Source: Alphaproteobacteria bacterium | GTDB taxonomy: Bacteria; Pseudomonadota; Alphaproteobacteria; SMXQ01 | Assembly (NCBI GenBank): GCA_009380075.1 | Contig: WHSO01000001.1 | Span: 108,266 to 172,265, forward strand | Reading direction: 5' to 3' | Length of the DNA stretch: 64,000 nt | Shown: piece by piece, positions 1-10,469 of the stretch | Position numbering within the stretch: position 1 is the first letter of the stretch | Layout of the letters: the number at the start of each line of letters is the position of its first letter | Program-made: the position numbers and the translations under genes | Notes under the pieces: model-generated | Told to the model about the DNA's origin: nothing | Database searches by the model: none | The model's input: the letters and a program-made list of their open reading frames with translations, nothing else

Positions 1-1043
1 GCGCAACTGCGCCACCGAAAGGGCCGGCGTATCGTCAATGAAGAAGGGCAGGTGGGCGAGCTCCTGGTTCGCCTCCACCACCCGCTGGAATTCCTCGTTG
101 CTGAGGTCGCCCTTGCGGATGCGGTCGGAACTGACCCCGGAGGCCTCGGCCAGGATACGCGTCGCGAGCTGTTCCGACGACATTTCCAGCGAGAAAAATC
201 CGACCACGGCGCCGTCGGCGACCTTCTTCTGGCCGTTCGCGTCGATATCGAAACGGCACATACGCGCCGCATTGTAGGCCATATTGGTGGCCAGTGCCGT
301 CTTTCCCATGGAAGGCCGGCCGGCCAGGATCACGAGATCGGAAGCCTGCAACCCGCCCAGCATCTTGTCGAGGTCGGCGAAACCCACACCCGTACCGGTC
401 AGGCGGCCCTCGCGCTTGTAGGCGGCTTCCGCCATCTCGATCGCGGCGACGAGGATATCGTTGAAGGATCGGAAGCCGCCCTCGTAATCGCCGGTTGTGG
501 CGAGGTCGAACAGATGCTGCTCCGTCACCTCGATCTGCTGGGTCGCCGACGTGTCGATACTGGGATTTTCAGCTTCCGCCCGCATGGTTTCGGCGAGTTC
601 GATGAGCTTGCGCCGGAGGTGGAGATCGAAAATCGTCCGTCCGTAATCGCCCGAGTTGACGATGGTGACCGCCGACGCGGCGACGCGGGCCAGGTACTTG
701 GCCCCGCCCACATCGGCGAGGGCGGCGTCGCCCTCGAACAGGTTCTTGAGGGTCACCGGGTTTGCGACCTGGTGCCGTTCAATCAGCTTGGCGCAGGCTT
801 CGAAGATGCGGCCGTTGACGGGATCGAAGAAATGCTCCGGCTGAAGGAACTCCGACACCCGCGAATAGGCATCGTTGTTGATCAGGATGGCGCCCAGAAG
901 CGCTTGTTCGGCCTCGAAATTGTGGGGCAGTTCCGCGATATGCGAGGACGGCGCCTCCACGCGCAGCGGCATGACCTTCGGTGTGATATGGGTATCCGAC
1001 ATCCGGTCAAACTCGCACCCGGACGCGCCCACCGCAAGCATGA
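1..1043 (-). CDS. dnaB: Replicative DNA helicase DnaB. This is the N-terminal ~347 aa; the C-terminus lies beyond the window start.
   Basis: Minus-strand translation gives MLAVGASG...PHNFEAEQALLGAILINNDAY at the N-terminus and a Walker A GRPSMGKTALATNMAYNAA further in. The ORF is not in the track because its stop is outside the window. The plus-strand ORF 52..1173 is its antisense shadow. Confidence 0.85.
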
Positions 1044-1107
1044 TTTCAACGGCCCGGCCACCCGTGAACAGAAATCTTTTCCCGCCCCTGTTAGAAGCGG
1101 GGAAACT

Positions 1108-2340
1108 TTATGCCGCGCTGTTCGAACGCGCTTCCGTGCTGCGTTCCCATTCGTAAATGTAATCGCGGCGTAGAGGCACCGCGTCCTGGCGCCGCGCCAT
1201 CTGCATCTGGAACACCATCTGCCCTTCGTTACGGAAGGAAAGCTCGGCGCCGGCGAGGTAAAACTCCCACATGCGGCAGAAGCGTTCGTCGTAGAGCGCT
1301 GCGACCTCACCCCGGTTGCCAGCGAAGCGCTCGCTCCAGGCACGCAGCGTTTCGGCGTAGTGGAGACGCAGGATCTCGATATCCGTCACGAACAGCCTGC
1401 TCCGCTCGACAACGGGCAACACCTCCGAAAGTGCGGGACAATAGCCGCCGGGGAAAATGTACTTGCGGATCCACGGATTGGTTGTGCCCGGCCCGTCGGA
1501 GCGGCCGATGGAATGAAGCAACGCGATGCCGTCATCGGCCAGGAGATCATGAATCTTCGCAAAGAAGTCCTTGAATTGCGGGACGCCGACATGTTCGAAC
1601 ATGCCGACCGAAACAATCCGGTCGAAGTTGCCGCCCTGGTTGCGATAGTCGCAGAGTTCGAAATTGACGCGGTCGGCGAGACCGGCCCGGCGGGCGCGCT
1701 CCCTTGCCACCTTAAGTTGCTCCTCCGACAAGGTGATGCCCGTCACGCGCGCACCCGTTTCGGCCGCGAGGTAGAGCCCCAGTCCTCCCCAGCCGCAGCC
1801 GATGTCGAGCACCCGGAGACCGGGCCGATTCATCAGGAGCTTGGCCGCGATGTGGCGCTTCTTGTCCTGCTGGGCCTCTTCCAGCGGCTGGCCCGGCTCG
1901 CGGAAATAGGCGCAGGAATACTGGCGGTCGGTGTCCAGAAAAAGGTCGTACAACTGCTCCGACAGGTCATAGTGATGAGCGACGTTCTTCTTGGACCTGC
2001 CGACCGGATTGAACTGCGCGAGCCACCGGAGCAGGATGAACAGGCGGTTGCTCGCCGCATAGGCCGGTATGTCAAGCAGGTGTTCGAGGTTGCGGGTGCA
2101 CACGTCGAGGAAGTCGTAAAGGGTGCCGTCCTCGATGGTGAGCGTGCCCTCCATGTAGGCTTCACCCACCGCCATGGTGGGGTTGACGACCAGGCGCCGG
2201 TGCAACACGGGATCGTGAAGGCGGATGGCGGCACGGGGACCGGGTACGCCGCTGTCGCATTCGTGCCGGCGACCGTGGGCGTCGATCACGGTCACCGCAC
2301 CCGAATGAAGGAAAGCCCTGAACAAACGCGCTAGCAACAT
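1108..2340 (-). CDS. cfa: Cyclopropane-fatty-acyl-phospholipid synthase, a SAM-dependent methyltransferase
   Basis: 410-aa ORF with the SAM-binding motif VLDIGCGWGGLGLY and overall CFA/mycolic-acid-synthase-family architecture (…YSCAYF…, …GMFEHVG…). Confidence 0.8.
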   Translation of the reverse strand: MLLARLFRAFLHSGAVTVIDAHGRRHECDSGVPGPRAAIRLHDPVLHRRLVVNPTMAVGEAYMEGTLTIEDGTLYDFLDVCTRNLEHLLDIPAYAASNRLFILLRWLAQFNPVGRSKKNVAHHYDLSEQLYDLFLDTDRQYSCAYFREPGQPLEEAQQDKKRHIAAKLLMNRPGLRVLDIGCGWGGLGLYLAAETGARVTGITLSEEQLKVARERARRAGLADRVNFELCDYRNQGGNFDRIVSVGMFEHVGVPQFKDFFAKIHDLLADDGIALLHSIGRSDGPGTTNPWIRKYIFPGGYCPALSEVLPVVERSRLFVTDIEILRLHYAETLRAWSERFAGNRGEVAALYDERFCRMWEFYLAGAELSFRNEGQMVFQMQMARRQDAVPLRRDYIYEWERSTEARSNSAA

Positions 2341-2393
2341 GGCAACCTCCCTCTAAGTCGCCCGGAACCGTGCGCCGGTCCGAAACTCCGATT

Positions 2394-2990
2394 CTATTCC
2401 GGTTCCGGCCGGTCCCCCGTCTCTTCCGTTTCCATCTCGGCGGCGGCTTCGGCGATTGCCGCTCGGGTTTCCGCGTCGGCGACGCGTTCCGCTTCACGGG
2501 ACTCGGTAATCAGTGACTTGCCCTGCGCCTGCAGCTCCGCTTCTTCCGGCGAGCGCGCGACATTGGCGGTGATCACCACGATCACCTCCGGGTGCAGGGC
2601 CACGCGCACGCGATGCATGCCGATGGACTTGATCGGATCGTTCAGGCGTACCTGGGAGCGGTCGACGGCGGTTCCCTTTTCGGCCAGCGCGTCGGCAATG
2701 TCCTTGGGGCGGACCGAGCCGTAAAGCTGGCCCGATTCGCTCGCCTGGCGGACGATGATGACGCTGACGCCATCGACATCCCTGGACAGGGTCTCCGCCA
2801 CGCCCCGCTTGGCCGCGTTGGCGGTTTCCAGTTCGATCCGCTTGGATTCGAAATAGTCGCGGTTTTCCTGAGTTGCGCGCAGCGCCTTTTTCTGCGGCAG
2901 GAGATAGTTGCGCGCGAATCCGGGCCTGACCTTGACTACGTCGCCCATATTTCCAAGATTCTCGATCCGCTCGAGGAGAATGAGGTCCAT
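2394..2990 (-). CDS. rplI: 50S ribosomal protein L9
   Basis: Begins MDLILLERIENLGNMGDVVKVRPGFARNYLLPQKKA, a typical L9 N-domain, and has an acidic C-terminal tail. The order rpsF-rpsR-membrane protein-rplI is conserved. Confidence 0.9.
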   Translation of the reverse strand: MDLILLERIENLGNMGDVVKVRPGFARNYLLPQKKALRATQENRDYFESKRIELETANAAKRGVAETLSRDVDGVSVIIVRQASESGQLYGSVRPKDIADALAEKGTAVDRSQVRLNDPIKSIGMHRVRVALHPEVIVVITANVARSPEEAELQAQGKSLITESREAERVADAETRAAIAEAAAEMETEETGDRPEPE

Positions 2991-3946
2991 TACTCGTTCC
3001 TTTCGTTACGCGAGCCCGGACCGGCAAACCTCTGCCGCAGCCCCGCCCAGTGTTCAACCATACCCAATCCGGCGACCACGATCAGGAGCCATCCGAACAA
3101 TAACAAAAGCAGGTACATGGCGATCAGGATCGCCAGCCTGCCGTTCCATCGACCCGAAATCGCATGTACCACCGCGAGTCCGGTCAGAAGGTACGGGACA
3201 CACAGGATCAGGGCGCCGTTTGTCGCCACGAACCCGAGCCATCCCGATCCTACCAGCGCCACTGCCGCCGCGGCAACTGCCACGGCCAGCAACCACGCCG
3301 GTGGTGCCACGGCAGCGAGGTCCGGGCTGGGCCGCAGGGAATGCCCGGTCCGGACCAGGAGCTTCTGCGCCAGGACCGCGTTGACCGCCATGATGATGAT
3401 CCACCACCCGACCACCAGCGACGGAATCACGCGCTTGAGGGTCGCCAAGACGCGCTCCGCCGCGGGATTGTCCTGGCCCGCTCCTGCCAGGGCTTGCCGG
3501 AAACCGTCGAGGAAGCTCGCGAGGCTCGCCTCCAGACCTTGCTCGCCCGAACCCAGCATCAATGCCAGCCCGACGAATGCGGCCGCCCCGTAGAGCGTGA
3601 GCCAGGCAAGCATGAGTCCCGGCGGATACCACTCCATTCCACCATCCGTCGTGGGGCGGTTGAGCAAGGCGAAACGGACCACACCGACGACAAGAACGGC
3701 ATCGGTAACGGCGTATAATCCTGCGCGGGGCCATCCTGCCGCAAATCCGACCGCGGTGGTGGCCGTGACGGCCGCGACCACCGCTGCCGTGAGGCCGAGG
3801 CCGAGGCCTACGGCAAACAGTGGTAACGGCGCGGCGAGGGCAAAGAACAGCGCACCAAGCAGGCTCCATTCGGTCGACAAATGGAGCACTGCGGACGATA
3901 GCCCGGCAGCAAGTGCGAATGGAACAAGCCTTGGCATGGCACGCAT
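2990..3946 (-). CDS. Polytopic inner-membrane protein of unknown function (DUF2232-like). The position between rpsR and rplI is conserved in Alphaproteobacteria.
   Basis: 318-aa ORF that is highly hydrophobic with multiple predicted TM helices. Its position within the rpsF-rpsR-rplI cluster is syntenic. The family assignment comes from context and memory, not a search. Confidence 0.55.
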   Translation of the reverse strand: MRAMPRLVPFALAAGLSSAVLHLSTEWSLLGALFFALAAPLPLFAVGLGLGLTAAVVAAVTATTAVGFAAGWPRAGLYAVTDAVLVVGVVRFALLNRPTTDGGMEWYPPGLMLAWLTLYGAAAFVGLALMLGSGEQGLEASLASFLDGFRQALAGAGQDNPAAERVLATLKRVIPSLVVGWWIIIMAVNAVLAQKLLVRTGHSLRPSPDLAAVAPPAWLLAVAVAAAAVALVGSGWLGFVATNGALILCVPYLLTGLAVVHAISGRWNGRLAILIAMYLLLLLFGWLLIVVAGLGMVEHWAGLRQRFAGPGSRNERNE

Positions 3947-3989
3947 CCCTGCTACCGGGTTTCAGCCGGCGGCTTTGGGGCAGGCCGAC

Positions 3990-4232
3990 TTACTGCATCA
4001 CGAAGGGAAGCAGCGCCAGGTGCCGGGCCCGCTTGATCGCCTGGGCCAGTTCCCGCTGCTTCTTGGTCGAAACGGCGGTGATACGGCTCGGCACGATCTT
4101 GCCGCGCTCCGAAATGAAGCGCTGAAGCAGGCGGATGTCCTTGTAATCGATCTTGGGCGCGTTCGCGGACGAGAACGGGCAGGTCTTGCGGCGCCGGAAA
4201 AAGGGACGGCGTGGTCCACCGGGGGCCATCAT
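3990..4232 (-). CDS. rpsR: 30S ribosomal protein S18
   Basis: 80 aa containing ...[51 protein letters not shown], the canonical S18 sequence. Confidence 0.92.
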   Translation of the reverse strand: MMAPGGPRRPFFRRRKTCPFSSANAPKIDYKDIRLLQRFISERGKIVPSRITAVSTKKQRELAQAIKRARHLALLPFVMQ

Positions 4233-4681
4233 CGGGCATCTCCTTCGCCGGTGCGTTCAGGCGGGCCGGCATCGCCACCGGCGAAGTCAGGGCGTGGACG
4301 GCGCGGGCGGTCGTCATCGCGGCGACCACCGCGGCCGCCGCCGCGCGGCGCCCGTTCTTCTCGGCTGCGCAGGATCGCGGATGGCCCGGCCTCGAGTTCG
4401 TCGACTTTCACCGTCAGGTACCGCAGCACGTCGTCATGGATGCGCATATTGCGTTCCAGCTCGGCGACCACGCCCGGGGGGGCATCGATATTGAGAAGGG
4501 TGTAATGGCCTTTCCGGTTCTTCTTGATCCGGTAGGTGAGGTTGCGAAGACCCCAGTATTCCTTCTTGGAGACCGTGCCGCCGTTACTGGCGACGATTTC
4601 GGCAAACGTGTCGGCCAGGGCTTCGGCCTGGGACGACGAGATATCCTGACGCGCGATAAACACGCTTTCGTAAAGCGGCAT
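4229..4681 (-). CDS. rpsF: 30S ribosomal protein S6
   Basis: An internal ATG at 4681 gives [22 protein letters not shown]... with an acidic/Arg-rich C-terminal tail. It overlaps rpsR by 4 nt. The upstream extension of the track ORF is probably spurious. Confidence 0.88.
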   Translation of the reverse strand: MPLYESVFIARQDISSSQAEALADTFAEIVASNGGTVSKKEYWGLRNLTYRIKKNRKGHYTLLNIDAPPGVVAELERNMRIHDDVLRYLTVKVDELEAGPSAILRSREERAPRGGGRGGRRDDDRPRRPRPDFAGGDAGPPERTGEGDAR

Positions 4682-4943
4682 GACAACACTCCTTATGGCT
4701 GTTCCCGGCTCGGTGCCGCGACGGCGGGGGCCATCGGTCGGCGGTCCGACCCTAGCCGGCCCGGGGGGACCGGCAAGGAATGTCAAGGCGGCGCAATATA
4801 CACGAAAGCGTTCTATGCGCAAGCCGGGGGGCGGGAATTCAGACCTCCTTCCGGGTCGTTTCCCGCCCGCGTGAGCAACCCTTGAACCCGGGCCCGGGGG
4901 CCGTTATCACTCGTGGGCAACGGACAAAGGGGGGGACCGAGGC

Positions 4944-5879
4944 GTGAAGCAGGCATTCGTATTTCCCGGTCAGGGCTCCCAAGCGGTGGGCATGGGCAAA
5001 GCCCTGGCCGGGGCATTCCCTGCGGCCCGCGACGTCTTCGGCGAGGTCGACGAAGCGCTCAAGCAGAGCCTTGCGCGTCTGATGTTCGAGGGCCCCGAGG
5101 ACCAGCTCACCCTGACCGAGAATGCCCAACCCGCGCTGATGGCTGTCAGCATGGCGGTGATGCGCGTGCTTGCCGTTGACGGCCATTTCGACCTGGGGCA
5201 GTCCGCCGCCTTCGTTGCGGGGCACTCGCTCGGCGAATATTCGGCTCTGGCCGCGGCGGAAGCACTGTCCCTCGCTGACGTCGCGCGGTTGCTCAAGGTG
5301 CGCGGCAGCGCTATGCAGGAGGCGACCCCGGTTGGTATCGGTGCGATGGCGGCGATCCTGGCCCTCGATTTCGAGGCGGTTGCTTCGATCGCCGAGGAAG
5401 CGGCGGCAGGCGAAGTCTGCGCCGCTGCCAATGACAACGCCCCGGGTCAGGTCGTCGTTTCCGGCCACCGGGCGGCGGTAGAGCGGGCCATCGCACTTGC
5501 TGCTGAAAGGGGTGCGCGCCGCGCGGTGTTGCTGCAGGTATCCGCACCGTTTCACTGTATCCTGATGGAACCCGCAGCGAAACGCATGGCCGAGGCGCTC
5601 GCCGAAACCACGCTGCACGCGCCTGTGGTGCCGGTCGTATCGAACGTCAAGGCGGAAGCGGTCAGCGACCCCGCCGAGATCCGTGACCTGCTGGTGAAGC
5701 AGGTCACCGGTACCGTGCGCTGGCGCGAAAGCGTCCAATGGATGAAACGGCAGGGGGTCGAGCGCCTGGTCGAGGCGGGAGCGGGAAAAGTCCTCGCCGG
5801 ACTGGCAAAGCGCATCGACGGCGATCTCGCGGCCGTCTCCCTGAATACGCCGGCCGATATCGAAGCATTCCTCAAATAG
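4944..5879 (+). CDS. fabD: Malonyl-CoA:ACP transacylase
   Basis: Begins MKQAFVFPGQGSQAVGMGK and carries the active-site motif GHSLGEYSALAAA. It heads the fabD-fabG-acpP-fabF cluster. Confidence 0.92.
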   Translation: MKQAFVFPGQGSQAVGMGKALAGAFPAARDVFGEVDEALKQSLARLMFEGPEDQLTLTENAQPALMAVSMAVMRVLAVDGHFDLGQSAAFVAGHSLGEYSALAAAEALSLADVARLLKVRGSAMQEATPVGIGAMAAILALDFEAVASIAEEAAAGEVCAAANDNAPGQVVVSGHRAAVERAIALAAERGARRAVLLQVSAPFHCILMEPAAKRMAEALAETTLHAPVVPVVSNVKAEAVSDPAEIRDLLVKQVTGTVRWRESVQWMKRQGVERLVEAGAGKVLAGLAKRIDGDLAAVSLNTPADIEAFLK

Positions 5880-5923
5880 ACGTGTCATGCCAACACGCGC
5901 GCGGCGCGGAAAGGATATTCGAA

Positions 5924-6661
5924 ATGTTCGGGCTTGAAGGCAGGAAGGCACTGGTCACCGGTGCCAGTGGCGGCATCGGCGGTGCTGTCGCCCGTGCGCT
6001 GCATGCGGCGGGGGCCTCGGTCGTGCTCTCGGGGACGCGCAAGGCGGCGCTCGACGCGCTGGCGGCCGATCTGGGTGCGCGCGCCCACGTCGCCGTCGCC
6101 GATCTTTCCACGGGACAAGGGGTTGAGGCTCTGGTCAAGGAAGCCGAATCGGCGATGGGCGGTATCGACATCCTCGTCAACAATGCGGGACTGACGCGCG
6201 ACCAGCTTCTCCTCCGCATGAAGGATGAGGACTGGCAGCAGGTTCTCGACGTCAACCTTACGGCGGCATTTCGCCTCTCCCGTGGCGTTCTCCGCGGCAT
6301 GATGAGGGCGCGCTTTGGGCGCATCGTTTCCATCACGTCGGTGGTCGGGACCACCGGCAATCCCGGCCAGGCAAATTATGCGGCGTCGAAGGCGGGGCTC
6401 ACGGGCTTCACCAAGTCGCTGGCGATGGAGGTGGCAAGCCGCAATATCACCGTCAATTGCGTCGCGCCCGGGTTTGTCGTCACAGCGATGACGGACGCCC
6501 TCAGCGACGACCAGCGCAACAGGGCGATCGCTGCAATTCCGGTGGGGCGGTTTGGCGATCCCGCCGACGTCGCCGCCGCCGTGGTGTACCTGGCCAGTGA
6601 CGAGGCCGCCTATGTCACGGGCCAGACCCTGCACGTCAATGGCGGGATGGCGATGATCTAG
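5924..6661 (+). CDS. fabG: 3-oxoacyl-ACP reductase
   Basis: Internal start giving MFGLEGRKALVTGASGGIGGAVAR, followed by NNAG, the YAASKAG catalytic motif and a position typical of FabG. The track ORF is extended upstream through a GC-rich open frame. Confidence 0.9.
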   Translation: MFGLEGRKALVTGASGGIGGAVARALHAAGASVVLSGTRKAALDALAADLGARAHVAVADLSTGQGVEALVKEAESAMGGIDILVNNAGLTRDQLLLRMKDEDWQQVLDVNLTAAFRLSRGVLRGMMRARFGRIVSITSVVGTTGNPGQANYAASKAGLTGFTKSLAMEVASRNITVNCVAPGFVVTAMTDALSDDQRNRAIAAIPVGRFGDPADVAAAVVYLASDEAAYVTGQTLHVNGGMAMI

Positions 6662-6916
6662 GTCCGCGAATCGCGCGCGTGATCGACCGCGACCCCGTTG
6701 AAGTCATGGCGTTTTCCCGATTTCGTGGGGTGCTGGTCAAGCCTGTAAAATTATGTTACCAACGGGCACTTTCGCGCACGGACCGTGGGCGGAGGGCATG
6801 GAGTCGCGCGGCGCCGGATTGGCCCGTGAACCGCGAAAATAGTATGGGTTGGACAACGTATTTATTCTGGCCAACATTATCCCGTGTGGGATCCTTAAAC
6901 TAAGGAATGAGAAAAT

Positions 6917-7150
6917 ATGAGCGATGTTGCTGAACGCGTGACCAAGATCGTTGTCGAACATCTCGGTGTCGACGAGGGAAAGGTCACGGAGAACGCGAGC
7001 TTCATTGATGATCTTGGTGCCGACAGTCTCGATACGGTCGAACTCGTCATGGCCTTCGAGGAAGAGTTCGGCTGTGAGATTCCCGATGACGCTGCGGAAA
7101 AGATTCTGACCGTTAAGGATGCCATTGCCTACATCGAGGCGAACATCTGA
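6917..7150 (+). CDS. acpP: Acyl carrier protein
   Basis: 77 aa with the phosphopantetheine attachment motif [21 protein letters not shown]. It is preceded by a 255-bp AT-richer leader and promoter region. Confidence 0.95.
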   Translation: MSDVAERVTKIVVEHLGVDEGKVTENASFIDDLGADSLDTVELVMAFEEEFGCEIPDDAAEKILTVKDAIAYIEANI

Positions 7151-7204
7151 TCCAACGGGTGTGCACAGCCACCCTCACTTTCCACGTTCACATCCAAAGC
7201 CGCC

Positions 7205-8467
7205 ATGAGACGCGTCGTCATCACAGGTCTCGGTCTTGTTACGCCGCTGGGTTGTGGGGTCGAACAGACGTGGTCACGACTGATCAGGGGCGATTCGGGG
7301 CTTGGCGCGATTCAGTCCTTCGACGTCACCGATTTGCCCTGCAAGGTTGCGGGGCAGGTACCGCGCGGCGATTCCGAGCAGGGCAGGTTCAATCCCGATG
7401 ATTGGGTCGATCCCAAGGAGCAGCGCAAGATGGATACCTTCATCGTCTTCGCGCTCGCCGCCGGTATCCAGGCGGTCCAGGATTCCGGATGGCAGCCCGA
7501 GGGCGAGGAGGACCGGCAGCGTACCGGCGTCATGATCGGCTCGGGTATCGGCGGCCTGCCCGCGATCGCGGAAGCGGCCGTCACGCTGCTCGAGCGCGGG
7601 GCTCGACGGATCAGTCCCTTCTTCATCCCGTCGGCGCTGATCAATCTCGCGTCGGGACATCTCTCCATCAAATACGGTTTCCGTGGCCCCAACCATTCTG
7701 TCGTCACCGCCTGCGCCACGGGGGCGCATGCCATCGGTGACGCCGCGCGGATCATCCAGTTCGAGGATGCGGAGGTGATGGTCGCCGGCGGCACGGAGGC
7801 CGCAGTATGCCGCCTTGGGCTGGCCGGATTCGCCGCGTCGCGGGCGCTTTCGACCGCCTTCAACGATACCCCCGCACGGGCGTCGCGGCCCTGGGACAGG
7901 GACCGCGACGGCTTCGTGATGGGTGAGGGCGCGGGCGTCGTCGTGCTGGAGGAGTATGAGCACGCGAAGAAACGCGGCGCTAAGATCTATGCGGAAGTCA
8001 AGGGCTACGGCATGTCGGGCGATGCCTACCATGTCACCGCTCCTTCGCCGAACGTCGATGGCGGATACCGGGCCATGTCGGCCGCGCTCAAGCGGGCCGC
8101 CCTCAACCTCGACGATATCGATTATATCAATGCCCACGGTACGTCGACGCCGCTTGGGGACGAAATCGAACTCGGCGCCGTGAAGCGCCTTTTCGGCGAT
8201 CATGCCTACAAGCTGTCCATGTCGTCGACCAAATCGGCGATCGGCCACCTATTGGGGGCAGCCGGCAGCGTCGAGGCGATTTTCTCGGTGCTGGCGTTGC
8301 GTGACGGCGTCGTTCCACCGACACTCAATCTCGAGAACCCTTCGGACGGCTGCGACATCGATCTGGTGCCGCTCACGGCGAAGTCGCGCCCGATAAAGAC
8401 CGTCCTGTCCAACTCGTTCGGATTTGGCGGCACCAATGCGTCGCTCGTCTTCACGGCGGTCAACTGA
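7205..8467 (+). CDS. fabF: 3-oxoacyl-ACP synthase II
   Basis: 420 aa beginning MRRVVITGLGLVTPLG, with the active-site Cys region VVTACATGAHAIG and the C-terminal GFGGTNASLVF motif. Confidence 0.92.
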   Translation: MRRVVITGLGLVTPLGCGVEQTWSRLIRGDSGLGAIQSFDVTDLPCKVAGQVPRGDSEQGRFNPDDWVDPKEQRKMDTFIVFALAAGIQAVQDSGWQPEGEEDRQRTGVMIGSGIGGLPAIAEAAVTLLERGARRISPFFIPSALINLASGHLSIKYGFRGPNHSVVTACATGAHAIGDAARIIQFEDAEVMVAGGTEAAVCRLGLAGFAASRALSTAFNDTPARASRPWDRDRDGFVMGEGAGVVVLEEYEHAKKRGAKIYAEVKGYGMSGDAYHVTAPSPNVDGGYRAMSAALKRAALNLDDIDYINAHGTSTPLGDEIELGAVKRLFGDHAYKLSMSSTKSAIGHLLGAAGSVEAIFSVLALRDGVVPPTLNLENPSDGCDIDLVPLTAKSRPIKTVLSNSFGFGGTNASLVFTAVN

Positions 8468-8473
8468 GGCATC

Positions 8474-9484
8474 ATGACGCCCGTCGTGCGCTGGCTTGCC
8501 CTTGGTGCGGGCGGCCTGGCGGTGGCGGCGGCGCTGGCTCTCGGCCTTCTGTTTTATGTGTTCGGCGCGCCCGGACCGTCGCCGGCACCGGCCTTGGTCG
8601 TCGTGCCGAAGGGCGCTGGCGTTTCCGCAATCGGGGACCTGATGGTCCGCCACGGGATCGTCCGCAGCACTCTGGTGTTCGGGGCCGGGGTCCGGATCAC
8701 GGGTAACGTCGGCGCGCTGCGGGCAGGGGAGTATCAGATTCCAGCCAGGTCCAGTGCGCGCGCGGTGATGGAGATCCTGCGCTCGGGCAAGACCTACGTG
8801 CGCCGGCTCACCACACCGGAAGGCACGACCACGGCTCAGGTGGTAAATCTCGTGACCGCCGCCTATGGCCTCGTCGGTGAGATCGGGACAACCCCCGCCG
8901 AAGGGGCCCTGCTGCCGAATACGTACCACTATTCCTGGGGTGACCGCCGGCGTGACATGATCGCCGGGATGGAACGCGTCATGACCGAGACCGTTGCCTC
9001 GTTATGGCGCGAACGTGCCGAGGGCCTGCCGATCCGGACACCGCGGGAAGCGGTGATCCTCGCCTCGATCGTCGAAAAGGAAACCGGCAAGCCTGAAGAG
9101 CGCGCGTTGATCGCCAGCGTGTTCTACAACCGCTTGCGTCTCGGCATGGCCTTGCAGTCCGACCCGACGGTCGCCTACGGCCGCGCCGTCGCGGCGGAAA
9201 ACCCTGAACGCGTGCTCGGGCGCCCGCTCACGCGCAAGGATCTGGAGACGCCGGATCCCTTCAATACCTATCTCAATCGCGGTCTGCCGCCGCAACCGAT
9301 CTGCAATCCGGGACGCGCTGCCTTGCTCGCGGTGCTGCATCCGGCGCCCACCGATGCTCTCTACTTCGTCGCCGACGGCAGCGGCGGCCACGTGTTCGCA
9401 AAGACCCTGGACGAGCACAACCGCAACGTCGTGCGCTGGCGGCTCCTGCGCGACGGCAGGCAACCGGCGCCAGCCGCGCCCTAG
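8474..9484 (+). CDS. mltG: Endolytic murein transglycosylase MltG (YceG family)
   Basis: N-terminal TM helix, a YceG-like domain (…LPIRTPREAVILASIVEKETG…) and its position immediately after fabF, as in many bacteria. Confidence 0.8.
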   Translation: MTPVVRWLALGAGGLAVAAALALGLLFYVFGAPGPSPAPALVVVPKGAGVSAIGDLMVRHGIVRSTLVFGAGVRITGNVGALRAGEYQIPARSSARAVMEILRSGKTYVRRLTTPEGTTTAQVVNLVTAAYGLVGEIGTTPAEGALLPNTYHYSWGDRRRDMIAGMERVMTETVASLWRERAEGLPIRTPREAVILASIVEKETGKPEERALIASVFYNRLRLGMALQSDPTVAYGRAVAAENPERVLGRPLTRKDLETPDPFNTYLNRGLPPQPICNPGRAALLAVLHPAPTDALYFVADGSGGHVFAKTLDEHNRNVVRWRLLRDGRQPAPAAP

Positions 9485-9501
9485 CTCGTCGTAGCGACAT
9501 C

Positions 9502-10326
9502 TCAGTGTTCCGCCGCGGGCTTTTCCGGCATGCGGGAGACCAGCGGATCGGTCCACCCGAGGGGCAGCGCATTCAACAGCCACGCCATCGCCCATAGCGG
9601 CCAAGGGAAGGCGATCCGCGCACGATCCCGTGCCAGCCCTTTCCGGATGACACGTGCTGCCCGGTCGACCGGCATCAGGAACGGCATCGGGTAGGGGTTC
9701 ACGTCGGTCATTGGGCTTTCGATGAAACCGGGACAGATGACGTTGACGCTAATCCCGTGCCGCGCGCACAGCCCGCGCAGCCCTTCGCCCAAAGAGCGTA
9801 CGCAGGCCTTACTCGCACCATAGGCGGGGGCGCCGGGGAGACCCCGAAAACCGGCGAGGGAACTCATGATCGCGATCTGGCCGCGCGGCCGGTCGCCGTC
9901 CCGCGGCCGTTTCTGCATTTCGCGGATGGCGGGAAAGACGGTGTTGACGACCCCGGAGACGTTGACCGCGAGGATGCGTTCGACCTGGTCCTGGGATTCG
10001 CTGGGAGGAACGGTGGTGTCGCCCGAATGGGTGCCACCGGTACCGCCCGAGATTCCGGCATTGGCGATGACCAGATCGACCGGCTCCGAAGCGAAGGTCT
10101 GCGCGATCCACTCGGCCATGGCATCGCGATCGGTCACGTCCTGGCAGCGGGTCTCGACGCGCGCGCCGGCTGCGCCGCACCGGGCCGCCACAGCATCGAG
10201 CCGCCGCCGATCCCGCCCGCCCAGCACGAGGTGCCGGCCGGGAGCGGCATAGAGCCGCGCCAGCGCCGCCCCGATACCGGACGACGCCCCGGTGATCAGG
10301 ATGCTTCGTGGATCGTCGAGAACCAT
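9502..10326 (-). CDS. Short-chain dehydrogenase/reductase (SDR) family oxidoreductase
   Basis: Internal start giving MVLDDPRSILITGASSGIGAALA. Has the NAGI motif and the catalytic YGASKA motif. Confidence 0.75.
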   Translation of the reverse strand: MVLDDPRSILITGASSGIGAALARLYAAPGRHLVLGGRDRRRLDAVAARCGAAGARVETRCQDVTDRDAMAEWIAQTFASEPVDLVIANAGISGGTGGTHSGDTTVPPSESQDQVERILAVNVSGVVNTVFPAIREMQKRPRDGDRPRGQIAIMSSLAGFRGLPGAPAYGASKACVRSLGEGLRGLCARHGISVNVICPGFIESPMTDVNPYPMPFLMPVDRAARVIRKGLARDRARIAFPWPLWAMAWLLNALPLGWTDPLVSRMPEKPAAEH

Positions 10327-10469
10327 GTGCGGCACGCTACCGTGCACCCGGGCCGATGGCCAGAACTCGGCGGACAGTGCGCCAACGCCCGCCTTGTTCC
10401 CTTTACCATCCACAGGATATAGTTGCCCCGCCAGTCTGGGCCACAATATCCAAGGCAGCGGGAGAGGCC

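Noticed and set aside
52-1173. 373-aa plus-strand ORF at the window start
   Set aside because: It is antisense to dnaB. The minus strand encodes a clear DnaB N-terminus and Walker A. This is a typical GC-rich shadow ORF.
6679-6903. 74-aa ORF in the fabG-acpP spacer
   Set aside because: It lies in the known acpP promoter/leader region, has no RBS and is not protein-like.
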